A stretch of DNA of 64,000 nt from an uncultured Methylomirabilota bacterium (GCA_963705305.1 OY970067.1:992001-1056000), one strand, 5' to 3'; shown: positions 1 to 9,411, counted from the first letter of the stretch. Program-made: numbers and translations. The notes: a model not told the origin generated them from the letters alone.

Positions 1-2
1 CC

Positions 3-1310
3 GTCCAGGACCGCCTGCTCGAGCCGCCCTTTCAGCTCGCCGATCTGCGGCCCGGCAGGAATGCCGCAATGCTCCATGATAGCCTGCCCGATGCCTTTGG
101 GCAGGAGGGGACCCCGGCCGTCCTTCTCGGCGAGCTCGGCGGCCCGGTGTTCCAACTCGGCCAGCCGTTTCAGCACACCCTCGCGCACCCCGGGCCGGTG
201 CGAGGTGACATCGGCCCGGCTGAGGTCGAGGAGATCCCCGAAGGCCTCCCCCGCGTCCCGCATCAGCCGCCGGACCGCGCCGTCCGTCCAGTCCCCTTCG
301 TACAGGGCCGGCCGTTGATGCAGCGCCACCAGCGTCCGCACCCGCTGGTGCAGCGCCCGGTCGAATCGAAAGCGGCCGGCCGCATCGTCGACGATCCCGA
401 CCCCCACCATCTCGTGGCCATAGAAGTGGACGTCGCCGGCCGCATCCACCGATCGCGTCGTGACCTTCCCGGCGTCGTGCAGCAGGGCCGCCCAGCGCAC
501 AGGAAGCCGCGCCGGCGATTGCGCCACCACCGCCACCGTGTGCGGCCAGAGCGCCTTATGGTGAAAGCGCCCCTGATCCGCCTTGAATTCCACCGCCCCG
601 TGCACTGCCGGCAGGAGATGGGCCAGCAGGCCGCTCCCCGCCAGGAAATCCAGGGCACGATCCACTGCCTGCCCCACCAGGAGCTTGTTCATCTCCACCA
701 GCCAGCGCTCGCGGCTGACGCTGAGGATCTCGACCGCCAGGTCGCGCACACCCTCCACCAGCTCTGGTTCGGGCTGCATGCCGAGGGTGGCGATGAACCG
801 GGCGGCGCGCAGCGTGCGCAGCGGGTCCTCCCGGAAGATCACCTGCGGCTCGCCCACCGTCCGCAGAACCCGCCGTCCCAGATCCCGCCCGCCCCCGAAG
901 GGGTCGATGAACTGCCGGTCCACGGTCATGGCGATGGCGTTGATCGAGAAGTCCCTCCGGGCCAGGTCCGCCTCCAGGTCCGTGCCGAACGTCACGCGGG
1001 GCCTGCGGCTGCCGTTGACGTACACCTCACCGCGGAAGGTCGTGACCTGCACCTCCCGCCTGATTCCCTTCTCCTCCAGGATCGTTCCAACCGTTCCGAA
1101 GCGGCTGCCCACCGTGAACACCGGCAGCCCGCCGCTGCGCAAGACACGGGCACTGTCTTCCGGCAGGGCGCTGGTCGCAAAGTCCAGATCCCTCAGCTCA
1201 TCCAGCGGCGTGCCGCTCAGATGGTCGCGCACGGCCCCGCCCACGAGGTACAGCTCGTATCCCGAGCGGGCGAAGAGATCGAACAGCCTGTGCATCAGAG
1301 ACGTGGACAT
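3..1310 (-). CDS. cca: CCA tRNA nucleotidyltransferase with HD domain (runs off the left edge; absent from the ORF track)
   Basis: Manual translation from ATG 1310 gives MSTSLMHRLFDLFARSGYELYLVGGAVRDHL. It contains DLDFAT, DLARRDFSINA, EDPLR and the HD-domain motifs LLHDAGK and HFYGHE. Confidence 0.9.
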   Translation of the reverse strand, partial: MSTSLMHRLFDLFARSGYELYLVGGAVRDHLSGTPLDELRDLDFATSALPEDSARVLRSGGLPVFTVGSRFGTVGTILEEKGIRREVQVTTFRGEVYVNGSRRPRVTFGTDLEADLARRDFSINAIAMTVDRQFIDPFGGGRDLGRRVLRTVGEPQVIFREDPLRTLRAARFIATLGMQPEPELVEGVRDLAVEILSVSRERWLVEMNKLLVGQAVDRALDFLAGSGLLAHLLPAVHGAVEFKADQGRFHHKALWPHTVAVVAQSPARLPVRWAALLHDAGKVTTRSVDAAGDVHFYGHEMVGVGIVDDAAGRFRFDRALHQRVRTLVALHQRPALYEGDWTDGAVRRLMRDAGEAFGDLLDLSRADVTSHRPGVREGVLKRLAELEHRAAELAEKDGRGPLLPKGIGQAIMEHCGIPAGPQIGELKGRLEQAVLD

Positions 1311-1355
1311 AGTGCGGGCGCCTCGACCCACGGCAGCCGCCGGGGGCCTGGAGAC

Positions 1356-1388
1356 AAAAAGCCCTAAGACCCGGAGGCCTTAGGGCTT
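1356..1388 (-). terminator. Intrinsic terminator about 45 nt upstream of the cca start
   Basis: Minus strand reads AAGCCCTAAGgcc-tccg-ggtCTTAGGGCTT-TTT: a long stem ending in a T-run. Confidence 0.8.
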
Positions 1389-1570
1389 CAAGAAATTGCA
1401 ACAGACGGCCCGATGATGCCTAAGGCTCCCTTCCGGCACGGGACGGACCGGGTGCAAAGACCGATGGGAAGCAGGCGAATTGCGCTCCTCCCACACCGAC
1501 CTGCCGGTCCCGCCCAGCGCGTTTGTGGCGATCGTGCCGCACGTTCAGGCTCTCCCTGGGTCAAAAAGCG
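1356..1570 (-). ncRNA. Unannotated structured leader RNA / riboswitch-like element
   Basis: Bounded by a sigma70 promoter and a terminator. Nested complementary blocks: GCCTGA/TTAGGC, CGGCAC/GTGCCG, GGGCGGGACCGG/CCGGTCCGTCCC, TGGGAG/TTCCCA. Confidence 0.55.
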
Positions 1571-1575
1571 GCTTG

Positions 1576-1604
1576 ACTATCCTTCAGCACCAATGCCGTG
1601 TCAA
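1576..1604 (-). promoter_or_regulatory. sigma70-type promoter TTGACA-N17-GATAGT
   Basis: Perfect -35, 17-bp spacer and a plausible -10. Confidence 0.65.
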
Positions 1605-1635
1605 GGAGAAACGGTCGCCGGCCGGGACCGGGGGC

Positions 1636-2205
1636 TCAGGGTGCCGCCAGCAGGTCCTCCAGGAGCTGGCGCATGGCTTCGTAGCTGGTCGAACCAACCT
1701 GGGATTTCACGATGCGCCCATCCTTGGTCGCCAGGAAGAAGGTGGGAACTCCCTCCAGACGGTAGGCATCGGCGATGCTTTGGTTTCCCACGAGGTAGGG
1801 CCACGGATGCTTTTCCAGCCGGGCAAAGGACTGGATGCGAGCCACATCCCGGTGGAACCCCACGGTCAGGAACTGGATGCGCTTCCCATACTCCGCATAC
1901 AGTCGCAGGAGGATGGGCGCCATGTCCTGGCAGTGGGGGCAGTCGGGGGACATGAATTCCAGGAGGAGTGGCTTCCGGCCCAGGAACTCCTCCAGGGTGT
2001 GGGCATGCCCATCTATGTCCCACGTGGCGAAGGGCTGGACGGAGGTCAGCGGGGTCTCGGCTGCGAGTGCCGACCCCGAACCGGGCAGAAATCCGGTGAG
2101 GCCAATTGCCACCCCAACCACCACGGCCAGCCGCACAAGACGTCGGACCGCGCGCGACCGGAGCACGCCCGGTTCGAGAGACCTTTCGATTCGATGGTCA
2201 CGCAT
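1636..2205 (-). CDS. Exported TlpA/redoxin-family thiol:disulfide oxidoreductase
   Basis: Signal peptide, LLEFMSPDCPHC, and GVPTFF cis-Pro loop. Confidence 0.85.
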   Translation of the reverse strand: MRDHRIERSLEPGVLRSRAVRRLVRLAVVVGVAIGLTGFLPGSGSALAAETPLTSVQPFATWDIDGHAHTLEEFLGRKPLLLEFMSPDCPHCQDMAPILLRLYAEYGKRIQFLTVGFHRDVARIQSFARLEKHPWPYLVGNQSIADAYRLEGVPTFFLATKDGRIVKSQVGSTSYEAMRQLLEDLLAAP

Positions 2206-2749
2206 GATTCGTCTCGATTTCCCCCGTTGCCGACGCCGCTCGCCAGGCCAGCACCGCCGCTACGAAGGCGCCAGCCAGCAAGGCCAGGGCCGTCAGGCAG
2301 TACGGACAGGCCGCACCGATCACGAACACTTCTATCCAGGTCATCCCGAGCTCATAGGCCAATCCGCAGCCCGCCGTCAGCGCGAGGATGCCCGGCAGCC
2401 GGTGGAGGCTTCGCCCCCCGCCGGCCAGCCGCCAGGCCGCCAGGCCGAACAAGAACGCGAAGCCCAGCAGGCCGATCAGGGCCACCGGGATTCCGGCAAT
2501 CTCCGCGTACGGGCTGGCCAGCACCTTATCGCACGAGATGGTCTCCGTAAAGCTGCACAACCCCCTCTTGGGGTTGCCCGCGATCACCAGGTGCAGGTGC
2601 AGCAGGTACGCGGCGACCCCCGCCCCCGCCAGCGTGAAGAGCAGGACGAACACGAGGCTCCGTCGCTCTCGGGTCGTTACTCCGCCTCCGCCAGGAGGGC
2701 CAGAAGCCGGCTCGAATCCCCCTTCCGTCTTCATGCGGTCGTGCGGCAT
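2198..2749 (-). CDS. Vitamin K epoxide reductase (VKOR) family protein
   Basis: Loop Cys pair LCSFTETISCDKVLASPYA, GIPVA, ACPYC and about 4 TM helices. Confidence 0.88.
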   Translation of the reverse strand: MPHDRMKTEGGFEPASGPPGGGGVTTRERRSLVFVLLFTLAGAGVAAYLLHLHLVIAGNPKRGLCSFTETISCDKVLASPYAEIAGIPVALIGLLGFAFLFGLAAWRLAGGGRSLHRLPGILALTAGCGLAYELGMTWIEVFVIGAACPYCLTALALLAGAFVAAVLAWRAASATGEIETNHA

Positions 2750-3047
2750 GGAATCTTCTCCCGGATATGGTCGCCCATCTTTATACCGCATGGACGGACT
2801 CATCGCAACAGTGCGGGCTCAGGACGGCGCATAGGCGCGCCGAACCGCACATGTCTCTCTCGGGCCGGCGGCCCGCCCTCGAGACGCTGCATCATGCGGA
2901 TTTCTCTCCCCCATGGGAGAAGGCCCGCCTATCGTGAAGAACCTGGGATGTGAGGGGGCAGCCCGGAGGGTCGGAGAAGACGGGGCTCACGCTGCCGGAT
3001 AACGACGCAACCGAGATCACGGCGATGTCTCAGCCCATCCTCGCCGC

Positions 3048-3518
3048 CTACGCCGTCCGGAGCGAGGCGACCAGGCGCTTGGGGCGAAGCAGAAGATCCA
3101 AGGCATCCTCGACGGAGGTCACCACGAGGTCCGCCGCCAGCAGGGATCGGACCGCTGCCCCTTCCCGCCCGACGACAACGATACCCAGCGCCGCCTCGCG
3201 GAGCATCGCCTCGTCATTCATGCCGTTGCCGATGGCGACCGTGTTTGCCCTTCCCAGGGCCTCGACGGCCGCCGCCTTGGCCCGGACCTGATCCTCCCGC
3301 CCGAGACGCACGACGCGGGCCCCGAGCCCTTCCAGGCCGGCGGCGGTCCCGAACGTGTCCGCCGTCAGGATCTGCACCTGAAGGGAGGCGGCCAGGGACC
3401 TCACCCGCTCCATTACGTCGGGAGGCACCTGTCCGTCCGTCGCCAGGGTCCCGTTCAAGTCGAGGACCAGGTGCTCCACTTCCAGGGGATCGCGCCCCGG
3501 CACTTCCACGCGAATCAT
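3048..3518 (-). CDS. HAD-superfamily soluble P-type ATPase-like hydrolase
   Basis: DLNGTLA, LTADTFGT and IGNGMND motifs; GAGGAG RBS. Confidence 0.85.
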   Translation of the reverse strand: MIRVEVPGRDPLEVEHLVLDLNGTLATDGQVPPDVMERVRSLAASLQVQILTADTFGTAAGLEGLGARVVRLGREDQVRAKAAAVEALGRANTVAIGNGMNDEAMLREAALGIVVVGREGAAVRSLLAADLVVTSVEDALDLLLRPKRLVASLRTA

Positions 3519-3560
3519 CTCCTCACCTCTCGAATTCCACTCGGCTACCCGCCCTCCGGC

Positions 3561-4247
3561 TCAGCGGGGCCGTGAAGACTCCGCCGCCACAGAGGGCGTC
3601 AGGGTTGCCGCCTGCGCCAGCGCATCCCCCAGCGGGACCGGGGCCTGGAGCTCCCGCGCGGGCCACGGGAACAGGAGGCTCCACCAGCGAAGGCGCCGCA
3701 AGCGATCCCCCGCCCCCTGGCGCACCACGCGTTTCAGGCGGGGAAGCGAGAAGTCCCGCGCGTGCCCCAGCAAGGCCTGGTGCGACTGCGGTCCCCACCG
3801 GCGCGAGACGCCACCGACGCTCCACCGGTTGAGGACGATCAGGAGGATGCCCCGGCGCACCACCCGGACGACCTCGGCCAGGACCTGCCCGGGGTCCTCC
3901 AGGAACTCGAGCGCCGTCACGAAGATCGCCAGGTCCAGCGACCCGTCGCGAAAAGGGAGATGGTGGGCATCCCCGAGCACCATGGGCGGTCCGGGCTCGT
4001 GTCCGCGACCCTCCGAAAGCATGGCCGGCGAGCGGTCGAGGCCCACAACCCTCCACCCCTCGTCCCGCAGCCACCGCGTGAAATGGCCAGTGCCGCAGCC
4101 GACCTCCAGGATACTTTGCGCCCCGGGAAACTCCCGCAGCAGCCGGACCAGCGCGGCGCGCTCGGCCCGATCCACCCGCGCCCCCCACCGCGAGGCATAC
4201 CAGCTCTCGTACTTGGCCGCCTCCCGCTCGAACGGCGTCCAGGGCAC
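3561..4247 (-). CDS. Class I SAM-dependent methyltransferase
   Basis: ILEVGCGTG, GLDRS and GDAHHLPF motifs. Confidence 0.85.
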   Translation of the reverse strand: MPWTPFEREAAKYESWYASRWGARVDRAERAALVRLLREFPGAQSILEVGCGTGHFTRWLRDEGWRVVGLDRSPAMLSEGRGHEPGPPMVLGDAHHLPFRDGSLDLAIFVTALEFLEDPGQVLAEVVRVVRRGILLIVLNRWSVGGVSRRWGPQSHQALLGHARDFSLPRLKRVVRQGAGDRLRRLRWWSLLFPWPARELQAPVPLGDALAQAATLTPSVAAESSRPR

Positions 4248-4259
4248 AGCCGTTGCCTC

Positions 4260-4502
4260 TCAGATCGGGCAGGCGTTCGAGACCGTCAAGGTCATGACGA
4301 CATGGCCGGTCTCGGCCGCCTGCGAGAAGCCGTCCCGCAGAGCAGCAAAGAGGGTGTCCCCCTCACCCGTGATGATCGTACTCATCGGGCCGATGGTTGT
4401 CGCCAGCCCCGAGGCTTTGAGCGTGTCGGTGAAAGCTCGGATGCCCGGGGCCAACGACTCCTGCCGCAAGGAATACAGGCTGACCTGCACGCTTATCACC
4501 AT
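4260..4502 (-). CDS. YkoF/MTH1187 thiamine-binding-like protein
   Basis: VQVSLYSL...IGPMST..TG pattern with C-terminal SNACP. Confidence 0.75.
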   Translation of the reverse strand: MVISVQVSLYSLRQESLAPGIRAFTDTLKASGLATTIGPMSTIITGEGDTLFAALRDGFSQAAETGHVVMTLTVSNACPI

Positions 4503-4524
4503 GGCTCACATCCTCCCGGGAAGG

Positions 4525-4647
4525 GCCAGGACCGGACACCCGTGCCCCGAATCGCCGCGCCCAGGCCAGGCCGCAGCGGACGGCAATTCGCGACACCTCG
4601 CTCATATCGGTGGGGCAGAGGATGCGACGGGGCGGAATGTGCGTCAT
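4525..4647 (-). pseudogene. Truncated universal stress protein (Usp) N-terminal remnant
   Basis: RRILCPTDMSEVSRIAVRCGLAWARRFGARV matches the Usp beta1-alpha1 region. Similarity ends after about 38 aa. Confidence 0.5.
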
Positions 4648-4823
4648 CGCCTGGATCCTTTCGCATGAAAGTCCTGCGGGCTCTCTTTGGTTCGATCCAG
4701 GGACGGGGTCAATGATTCAGAAAAGGCCTCGCCGCTACCGGGGTGTCGCGACACCCGACCGACGCCGCCTTGGGGAAGCGGGCGACCAGGCCTGGAAGGC
4801 CTTTCTGGGAGCCCTGAGGCTTC

Positions 4824-5051
4824 TTATCCGGCGGCCTCCAACCGGCTTCGCCCTGACGGGGTGAGGGCGTACGCTCCGTCTCGCTCCTCTGCCAGTTCGG
4901 CCTGGACCAGCTCTCGCAGCCCACTCCGAATCCGGTAGAGCGGCATGAGCACCTGCTGGGCGACCTCTTCCGGCTTCCGCGGGGATCGCAGCACGTGGAG
5001 GATCGCTCGCGCCACGGGCTCCATCGTCCCGTCAGCATTGAAGCAGGGCAT
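4824..5051 (-). CDS. Small winged-helix-like protein (MPCFNADGT...)
   Basis: PEEVAQQVLMPLYRIRSGLRELV...YALTPSG; GGAG RBS; directly follows the peroxiredoxin. Confidence 0.7.
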   Translation of the reverse strand: MPCFNADGTMEPVARAILHVLRSPRKPEEVAQQVLMPLYRIRSGLRELVQAELAEERDGAYALTPSGRSRLEAAG

Positions 5052-5062
5052 CGCGTCTCCCC

Positions 5063-5755
5063 CTACTTCGGCAGGTCACGCTTGCAGAAGTACCAGTCGG
5101 CGCACTCGAAGCCGGCCTTGACCCGTTCCTCGGCCGCCTCGGCTGTTTTCGGCGGAGGCACGATGACCTTCTCGCCGGGCTTCCAGTTGGCCGGTGTCGC
5201 CACGCCGTGCTTGTCCGTGGTCTGCAAGGCATCGATTAGGCGGAGGATCTCCGCCATATTCCGTCCCGTCGTCAGCGGGTAGTAGATCATGGCCCGCAGG
5301 ACGCCGGTGGGGTCGATCACGAAAACACAGCGGCTGGTCTCCGTCTTGCTCTCCCCGGGCATGATCATGCCGTACAGCGACGCAACTTCTTTGTTGAGAT
5401 CGGCGATGATGGGGAACGGGATCTTGACCTTGAAGTGCTGCTCGATGTTGCGCATCCAGGCGATATGCGAATAGGTGCTGTCGATGCTGAGACCCATCAG
5501 CTCGACGTTCCGCTTCTTCAGCTCCGGGGCGATCTCGGCGAAGGCGATGAACTCGGTGGTACAGACCGGTGTGAAGTCCGCGGGATGCGAGAACAGGATC
5601 AACCAGCTCCCCTTGAAGTCTTCCAGGCGGATCGTCCCGTGGGTGGTCTCGGCCTGGAAGGCGGGGGCCGGCGCCCCCAGGCGCGGCATGGCGGGCGGTG
5701 CCTTCTGCTCGATGGTCGGTTCCACAGAACCCTCCTTTCGGATTCCTTCCTGCAT
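5063..5755 (-). CDS. Peroxiredoxin (Prx6/archaeal-type, Cys)
   Basis: FSHPADFTPVCTTEF, YYPLTTGRN, TPANW and C-terminal CADWYFC. Confidence 0.93.
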   Translation of the reverse strand: MQEGIRKEGSVEPTIEQKAPPAMPRLGAPAPAFQAETTHGTIRLEDFKGSWLILFSHPADFTPVCTTEFIAFAEIAPELKKRNVELMGLSIDSTYSHIAWMRNIEQHFKVKIPFPIIADLNKEVASLYGMIMPGESKTETSRCVFVIDPTGVLRAMIYYPLTTGRNMAEILRLIDALQTTDKHGVATPANWKPGEKVIVPPPKTAEAAEERVKAGFECADWYFCKRDLPK

Positions 5756-5958
5756 TGTCCGCCCTCCCGGGGGTCCGGGTCCTGAAGCCACCCACACCCC
5801 CAGGAGGAGCAGTTCTCCTGCGCGAAGGGTTGTATTTTGTCAGGGTACCGGAGAGAAGGCAAGCCGCAAGTGGCTCGATACGGCCCCTTTGGCTGGCTGT
5901 GGATCTCGCTCTTAACGTCGAGTGCCCCACGCCGGTGGTGGCGGGCTATCAACGACCT

Positions 5959-6624
5959 TCACGCGCCGGCCTGGGCTCCTGGGCTCTTGACAGCCGTGAG
6001 AATCCGGCTCGCGCCCGGGGGCACTACCTCCTTGCTTACCTCAGGAAACACCGCCCCCAGCTCTTGCCCCTCTCCGCCCAGGAAGGCGCGGGCCCCTTCC
6101 GCTCCGATGATTGCCAGCCGGAGAGACAGCAAGAGGCGCAGCAGGGGCCGCGTCGGGATCTCGTGCTCCATGACCAGGAACCGACCAGCGAGGGAGAGGA
6201 TCCGTTCCACCTCTCGCATCATGCGCCTGCGCCCATCGCCCTTCAGCTCGTACAGGGCGTAGGCGCACGTCACCGCGTCAAACGCCCCCGCCCCGAACGG
6301 GAGGGCCGACGCATCGGCCAGAATCCACCGGATCGAGGTCAGGCCTTTCCGGTGCGCCGCCTGCGCCGCTCGCGCCAGCATCCCCCCCGAGAAATCCAGG
6401 CCCACGATCAGGCATTCACTCCCGAACCGCTCTGCCAGGGCGCAGGTCACGGCGCCGGTCCCGCAGCACAGATCCAGGATGCGTCCCTGCGGACGTGGGG
6501 CCACGCGCTCGGCCAGCGCGCGGCGCATCGGCCCCGTCGGATCGCCCGCGTGCCACGCAACGAAGCGGTCATACACCCGGGCGAACAGGTCGTAGTACCG
6601 CCGTCGCAAGCGGCGCCTGTCCAC
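5959..6624 (-). CDS. UbiE/MenG-like class I SAM methyltransferase
   Basis: ILDLCCGTG, GLDFSGGML and ADASALPF motifs. Confidence 0.85.
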   Translation of the reverse strand: MDRRRLRRRYYDLFARVYDRFVAWHAGDPTGPMRRALAERVAPRPQGRILDLCCGTGAVTCALAERFGSECLIVGLDFSGGMLARAAQAAHRKGLTSIRWILADASALPFGAGAFDAVTCAYALYELKGDGRRRMMREVERILSLAGRFLVMEHEIPTRPLLRLLLSLRLAIIGAEGARAFLGGEGQELGAVFPEVSKEVVPPGASRILTAVKSPGAQAGA

Positions 6625-6634
6625 CAGCCTGGCC

Positions 6635-6838
6635 TCAAAGCCGCGCCAGGATGCCGCCCAGCCGCCGGAAGACGATCGCCCCCTCGATGATCAGCCAGGC
6701 CAGCTCGACCAGGAGAGGCTCCTGCTTCCCTTTGCTCTGTTTCGCCGGCAGCCGGTGCTCAGGCGGCGACACCTCCGCCGGGACCTCCGCGGGCCCGGGA
6801 TTGGCAAGCGCTCGGCCCTGCTCGCTCATGGCTCTCAT
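6635..6838 (-). CDS. Small hypothetical protein
   Basis: AGGAGG RBS; fills the gap within the co-oriented operon; no recognised motif. Confidence 0.45.
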   Translation of the reverse strand: MRAMSEQGRALANPGPAEVPAEVSPPEHRLPAKQSKGKQEPLLVELAWLIIEGAIVFRRLGGILARL

Positions 6839-6872
6839 CCCTCCTCGTGCCCGGCAGCCGGCCGAGCCCCCC

Positions 6873-7259
6873 TCAGTGCGCGAGTTCCGGACGCTCTGTC
6901 AGCCGACCCTCCACAAAAGCTTGTATCGCTTCACGAATGTCGGACAGTTCCGTCAGGACCGGACGGATTCCAAGCTCGCGAAGATTCATCAGCATCCCCT
7001 GACCCATACCACCAGCCAAGACCACCTGACAGTCACCGATGCTCGCCAGCATCTGCGCGTGGCGGCCCCGGCTGGCGGGATCGAAGCCGTGGGTCCCCGC
7101 GACAGGCTCGTGCGGCGCGAACGTATGGTGGCCCGCTTTGTCTCGAAGCTCCTGCCCCGTGATCTTCCCATCCTCCACGGTGCAAACGAGATAGTGCTCG
7201 GCTCGCCCGAAGTGCCGGGAGAGCGTCTTGCCATCATCCGTGATCGCGGCGATCTTCAC
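6873..7259 (-). CDS. NifB/NifX (MTH1175/ORP-like) cluster-binding protein
   Basis: GTG start with AGGAGGAG RBS; KIAAITDDG..SRHFGRA and GGMGQG motifs. Confidence 0.85.
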   Translation of the reverse strand: MKIAAITDDGKTLSRHFGRAEHYLVCTVEDGKITGQELRDKAGHHTFAPHEPVAGTHGFDPASRGRHAQMLASIGDCQVVLAGGMGQGMLMNLRELGIRPVLTELSDIREAIQAFVEGRLTERPELAH

Positions 7260-7368
7260 TGTTCTCCTCCTTTGCGTCCCATGTATTTCCTTCGCCGCCC
7301 ACACCGGCGGCCAGTTTTCCCTCGACCCCTGTCGCAGTTCCAAATCCATGTCCACACGGAAGCTTAGA

Positions 7369-7383
7369 GCATTCCCGATGCCA
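7369..7383 (-). promoter_or_regulatory. sigma54 -24/-12 promoter TGGCATCGGGAATGC
   Basis: GG-N10-GC spacing with TGGCA. Confidence 0.7.
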
Positions 7384-7512
7384 CAGCCATAGAAAGTCAC
7401 ATCAGGCCCGTAACACATTGGAACAGTGGAATTCATGGGATATTCCCGACGCCCTTGAAATTTCTCTCAGGCTTTTATGATTCGCATTTGCAACCATGAG
7501 TCAAGAATGCAA

Positions 7513-7526
7513 TTGCAATTCTGCAA
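7513..7526. promoter_or_regulatory. Putative enhancer palindrome TTGCA-N4-TGCAA
   Basis: TTGCAattcTGCAA about 130 bp upstream of the sigma54 site; same motif at 18111-18124. Confidence 0.6.
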
Positions 7527-7570
7527 CCACAGCATTGACAACGACGATCCACCTTCGATCCTTTTGCATC

Positions 7571-8848
7571 TCACCGCATGAGCAGCGAGGGGAGCCAGAG
7601 GCTGACGGCGGGCACGAAGGTCGCCAGCAGGAGAACGATCAAGTTGCCCACCAGGTACGGTAGGGCACCCCTGAAGATAGTTCCAATCCTAAGCCGTGTG
7701 ATCGAGGAGGCGACGAAAAGGCACATGCCTACCGGTGGAGTGACCAGCCCGATGGCCAGGCCGACGATCAGGATGGCCCCGAACTGAATCGGCGGGACGC
7801 CGAGCGCCTTCATGGCCGGCATGAAGACGGGCGTCAGGAGGATGATGGAAGGGGCCACGTCGACGAAACAGCCGACCAGGAGGATGATCAGGTCGAGGCA
7901 GAGCAGAATGAGGCAGAGCGGCAGGTTCAGACCGAGCAGGAACGAGGCCATCTTTTGTGGGATGTTCTCGAGCGCCAAGATCCAGGTGTAGAGGCCGCTG
8001 AAAGCCGTCACGATCATGACGGTGGCACTGTTCATGATGGAGCTTCGCAGCATCGGTGGAATGTCGCGCAGGGTCAGTCCCCGGAAGACGAGGACCCCCA
8101 CGATGAAGGCGTACAGCACCCCCACACCGGCGGCCTCGGTCGCGGTGGTCAGGCCGATGACGACGGAGCCGACGACGAATACCGGCATCAAGAGCGGAAA
8201 GAATCCATGGCGGAGCCGGACCAGAACATCCGTAGGGGTGAGCCGGACCTCCTCCACGGGATACTTCCGCCGGCTCGAGATCACGGCGGTGATCCCGAAC
8301 TGCAGGAGGCCGATGAGGATCCCCGGGATGGCGCCCGCCAGGAACAGTCGCCCCACGGATTCGGAGGCCACGAAGGCGTAGATCACCATGGGAATGCTGG
8401 GCGGGATGATCATCCCCATGGTCGAGGCGGCCACGGTGATCCCACTGGCAAACTCCCGCGAATAGCCGCGCCGCTCCATCTCGGGAATCAGGACCGCCCC
8501 CACCGAGGCCATGTCCGACACCGACGATCCCGAGATTCCGCCGAAGATCATGCTGGCCAGGACGGTGACCATGCCCAGGCCGCCGCGCAGCCGCCCCACG
8601 AAGAGCATGCTGAAATCGATGAGCCGCGAGGTGAGCCTGCCGGCGTTCATCATCAGGCCCATGAGGACGAACAGGGGGAGGGCGATCATGACCTCGGCGT
8701 CCATGCCCGAGAACACCCGCTGGGGGAGGATCAGCATCAACTCCGGCCGCACGCCGAGGAAGTAGAGGAAGGACGAAAGGCCCAGCGCGTACGCGACGGG
8801 GATGCCGGCCAGCAGGAACACCCCCAGGCTTCCCAGCAGAATGGTCAT
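7571..8848 (-). CDS. dctM: TRAP transporter large permease
   Basis: ALPLFVLMG, FGGISGSS, IIPPSIPM and TPPVG motifs; start coupled to the dctQ stop. Confidence 0.93.
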   Translation of the reverse strand: MTILLGSLGVFLLAGIPVAYALGLSSFLYFLGVRPELMLILPQRVFSGMDAEVMIALPLFVLMGLMMNAGRLTSRLIDFSMLFVGRLRGGLGMVTVLASMIFGGISGSSVSDMASVGAVLIPEMERRGYSREFASGITVAASTMGMIIPPSIPMVIYAFVASESVGRLFLAGAIPGILIGLLQFGITAVISSRRKYPVEEVRLTPTDVLVRLRHGFFPLLMPVFVVGSVVIGLTTATEAAGVGVLYAFIVGVLVFRGLTLRDIPPMLRSSIMNSATVMIVTAFSGLYTWILALENIPQKMASFLLGLNLPLCLILLCLDLIILLVGCFVDVAPSIILLTPVFMPAMKALGVPPIQFGAILIVGLAIGLVTPPVGMCLFVASSITRLRIGTIFRGALPYLVGNLIVLLLATFVPAVSLWLPSLLMR

Positions 8849-9333
8849 GCCGGCTCCCTTCGCGCACTCTCGTCCCGGCAGGAAATCCCCAGCATGCGAA
8901 AAATCGCATACACGCACACCAGGCCGCAGCCGATGGGCAAGCTGACGAGGACCAGTCCCTGCGGGACGCGGAGGACGGGGGACGGGAAATACCCGACGGA
9001 CTGAATCCACGGAATGCTCAGAGCAACCAGCGCCCCGTTGAGGAAAGCCACGAGCAGGTGGCCGGCCCGCTCCACCCACCGCCGGAGGCGACCCGGCCAG
9101 AGATCCAGGAGAACCCGAATGGTGATCTGCTCGTCCTTGGCGAGGGCCACGGCGGCGCCGATGGCCGTCGTATAGATGAAACAGAACGAGATGAACTCCT
9201 GACCGCCGATGATGGTCGTCCCGAAAAAATAGCGGAGGATGACCAGGAGGATGACCAGCGCGGCGATTAGCAGGAACAGCCAGGAGATCGCCGCCTCGAT
9301 GGTCTCCGTGATGCGCGGAATCAATGATCGCAT
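8845..9333 (-). CDS. dctQ: TRAP transporter small permease
   Basis: Four TM helices, VILRY and SPVLRVP; lies between dctP and dctM. Confidence 0.9.
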   Translation of the reverse strand: MRSLIPRITETIEAAISWLFLLIAALVILLVILRYFFGTTIIGGQEFISFCFIYTTAIGAAVALAKDEQITIRVLLDLWPGRLRRWVERAGHLLVAFLNGALVALSIPWIQSVGYFPSPVLRVPQGLVLVSLPIGCGLVCVYAIFRMLGISCRDESARREPA

Positions 9334-9411
9334 GTTTTCTCGTCCGGAGGAGGCGGCGCCGCGACCGAAGGGTGCCGACCGCAGCGCCGCCTGGAGGTCA
9401 CGGGAGGGATG

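Noticed and set aside
1390..1570. T-box, 6S, tmRNA or cobalamin identity for the cca leader
   Set aside because: There is no UGGNACC bulge, no tRNA-like ends or tag ORF and no B12 box, and the 6S conserved blocks are not recognisable.
9340..9400. GC-rich hairpins after substrate-binding protein genes (also ~51486-51516)
   Set aside because: Ordinary intercistronic mRNA stability elements; not distinctive.
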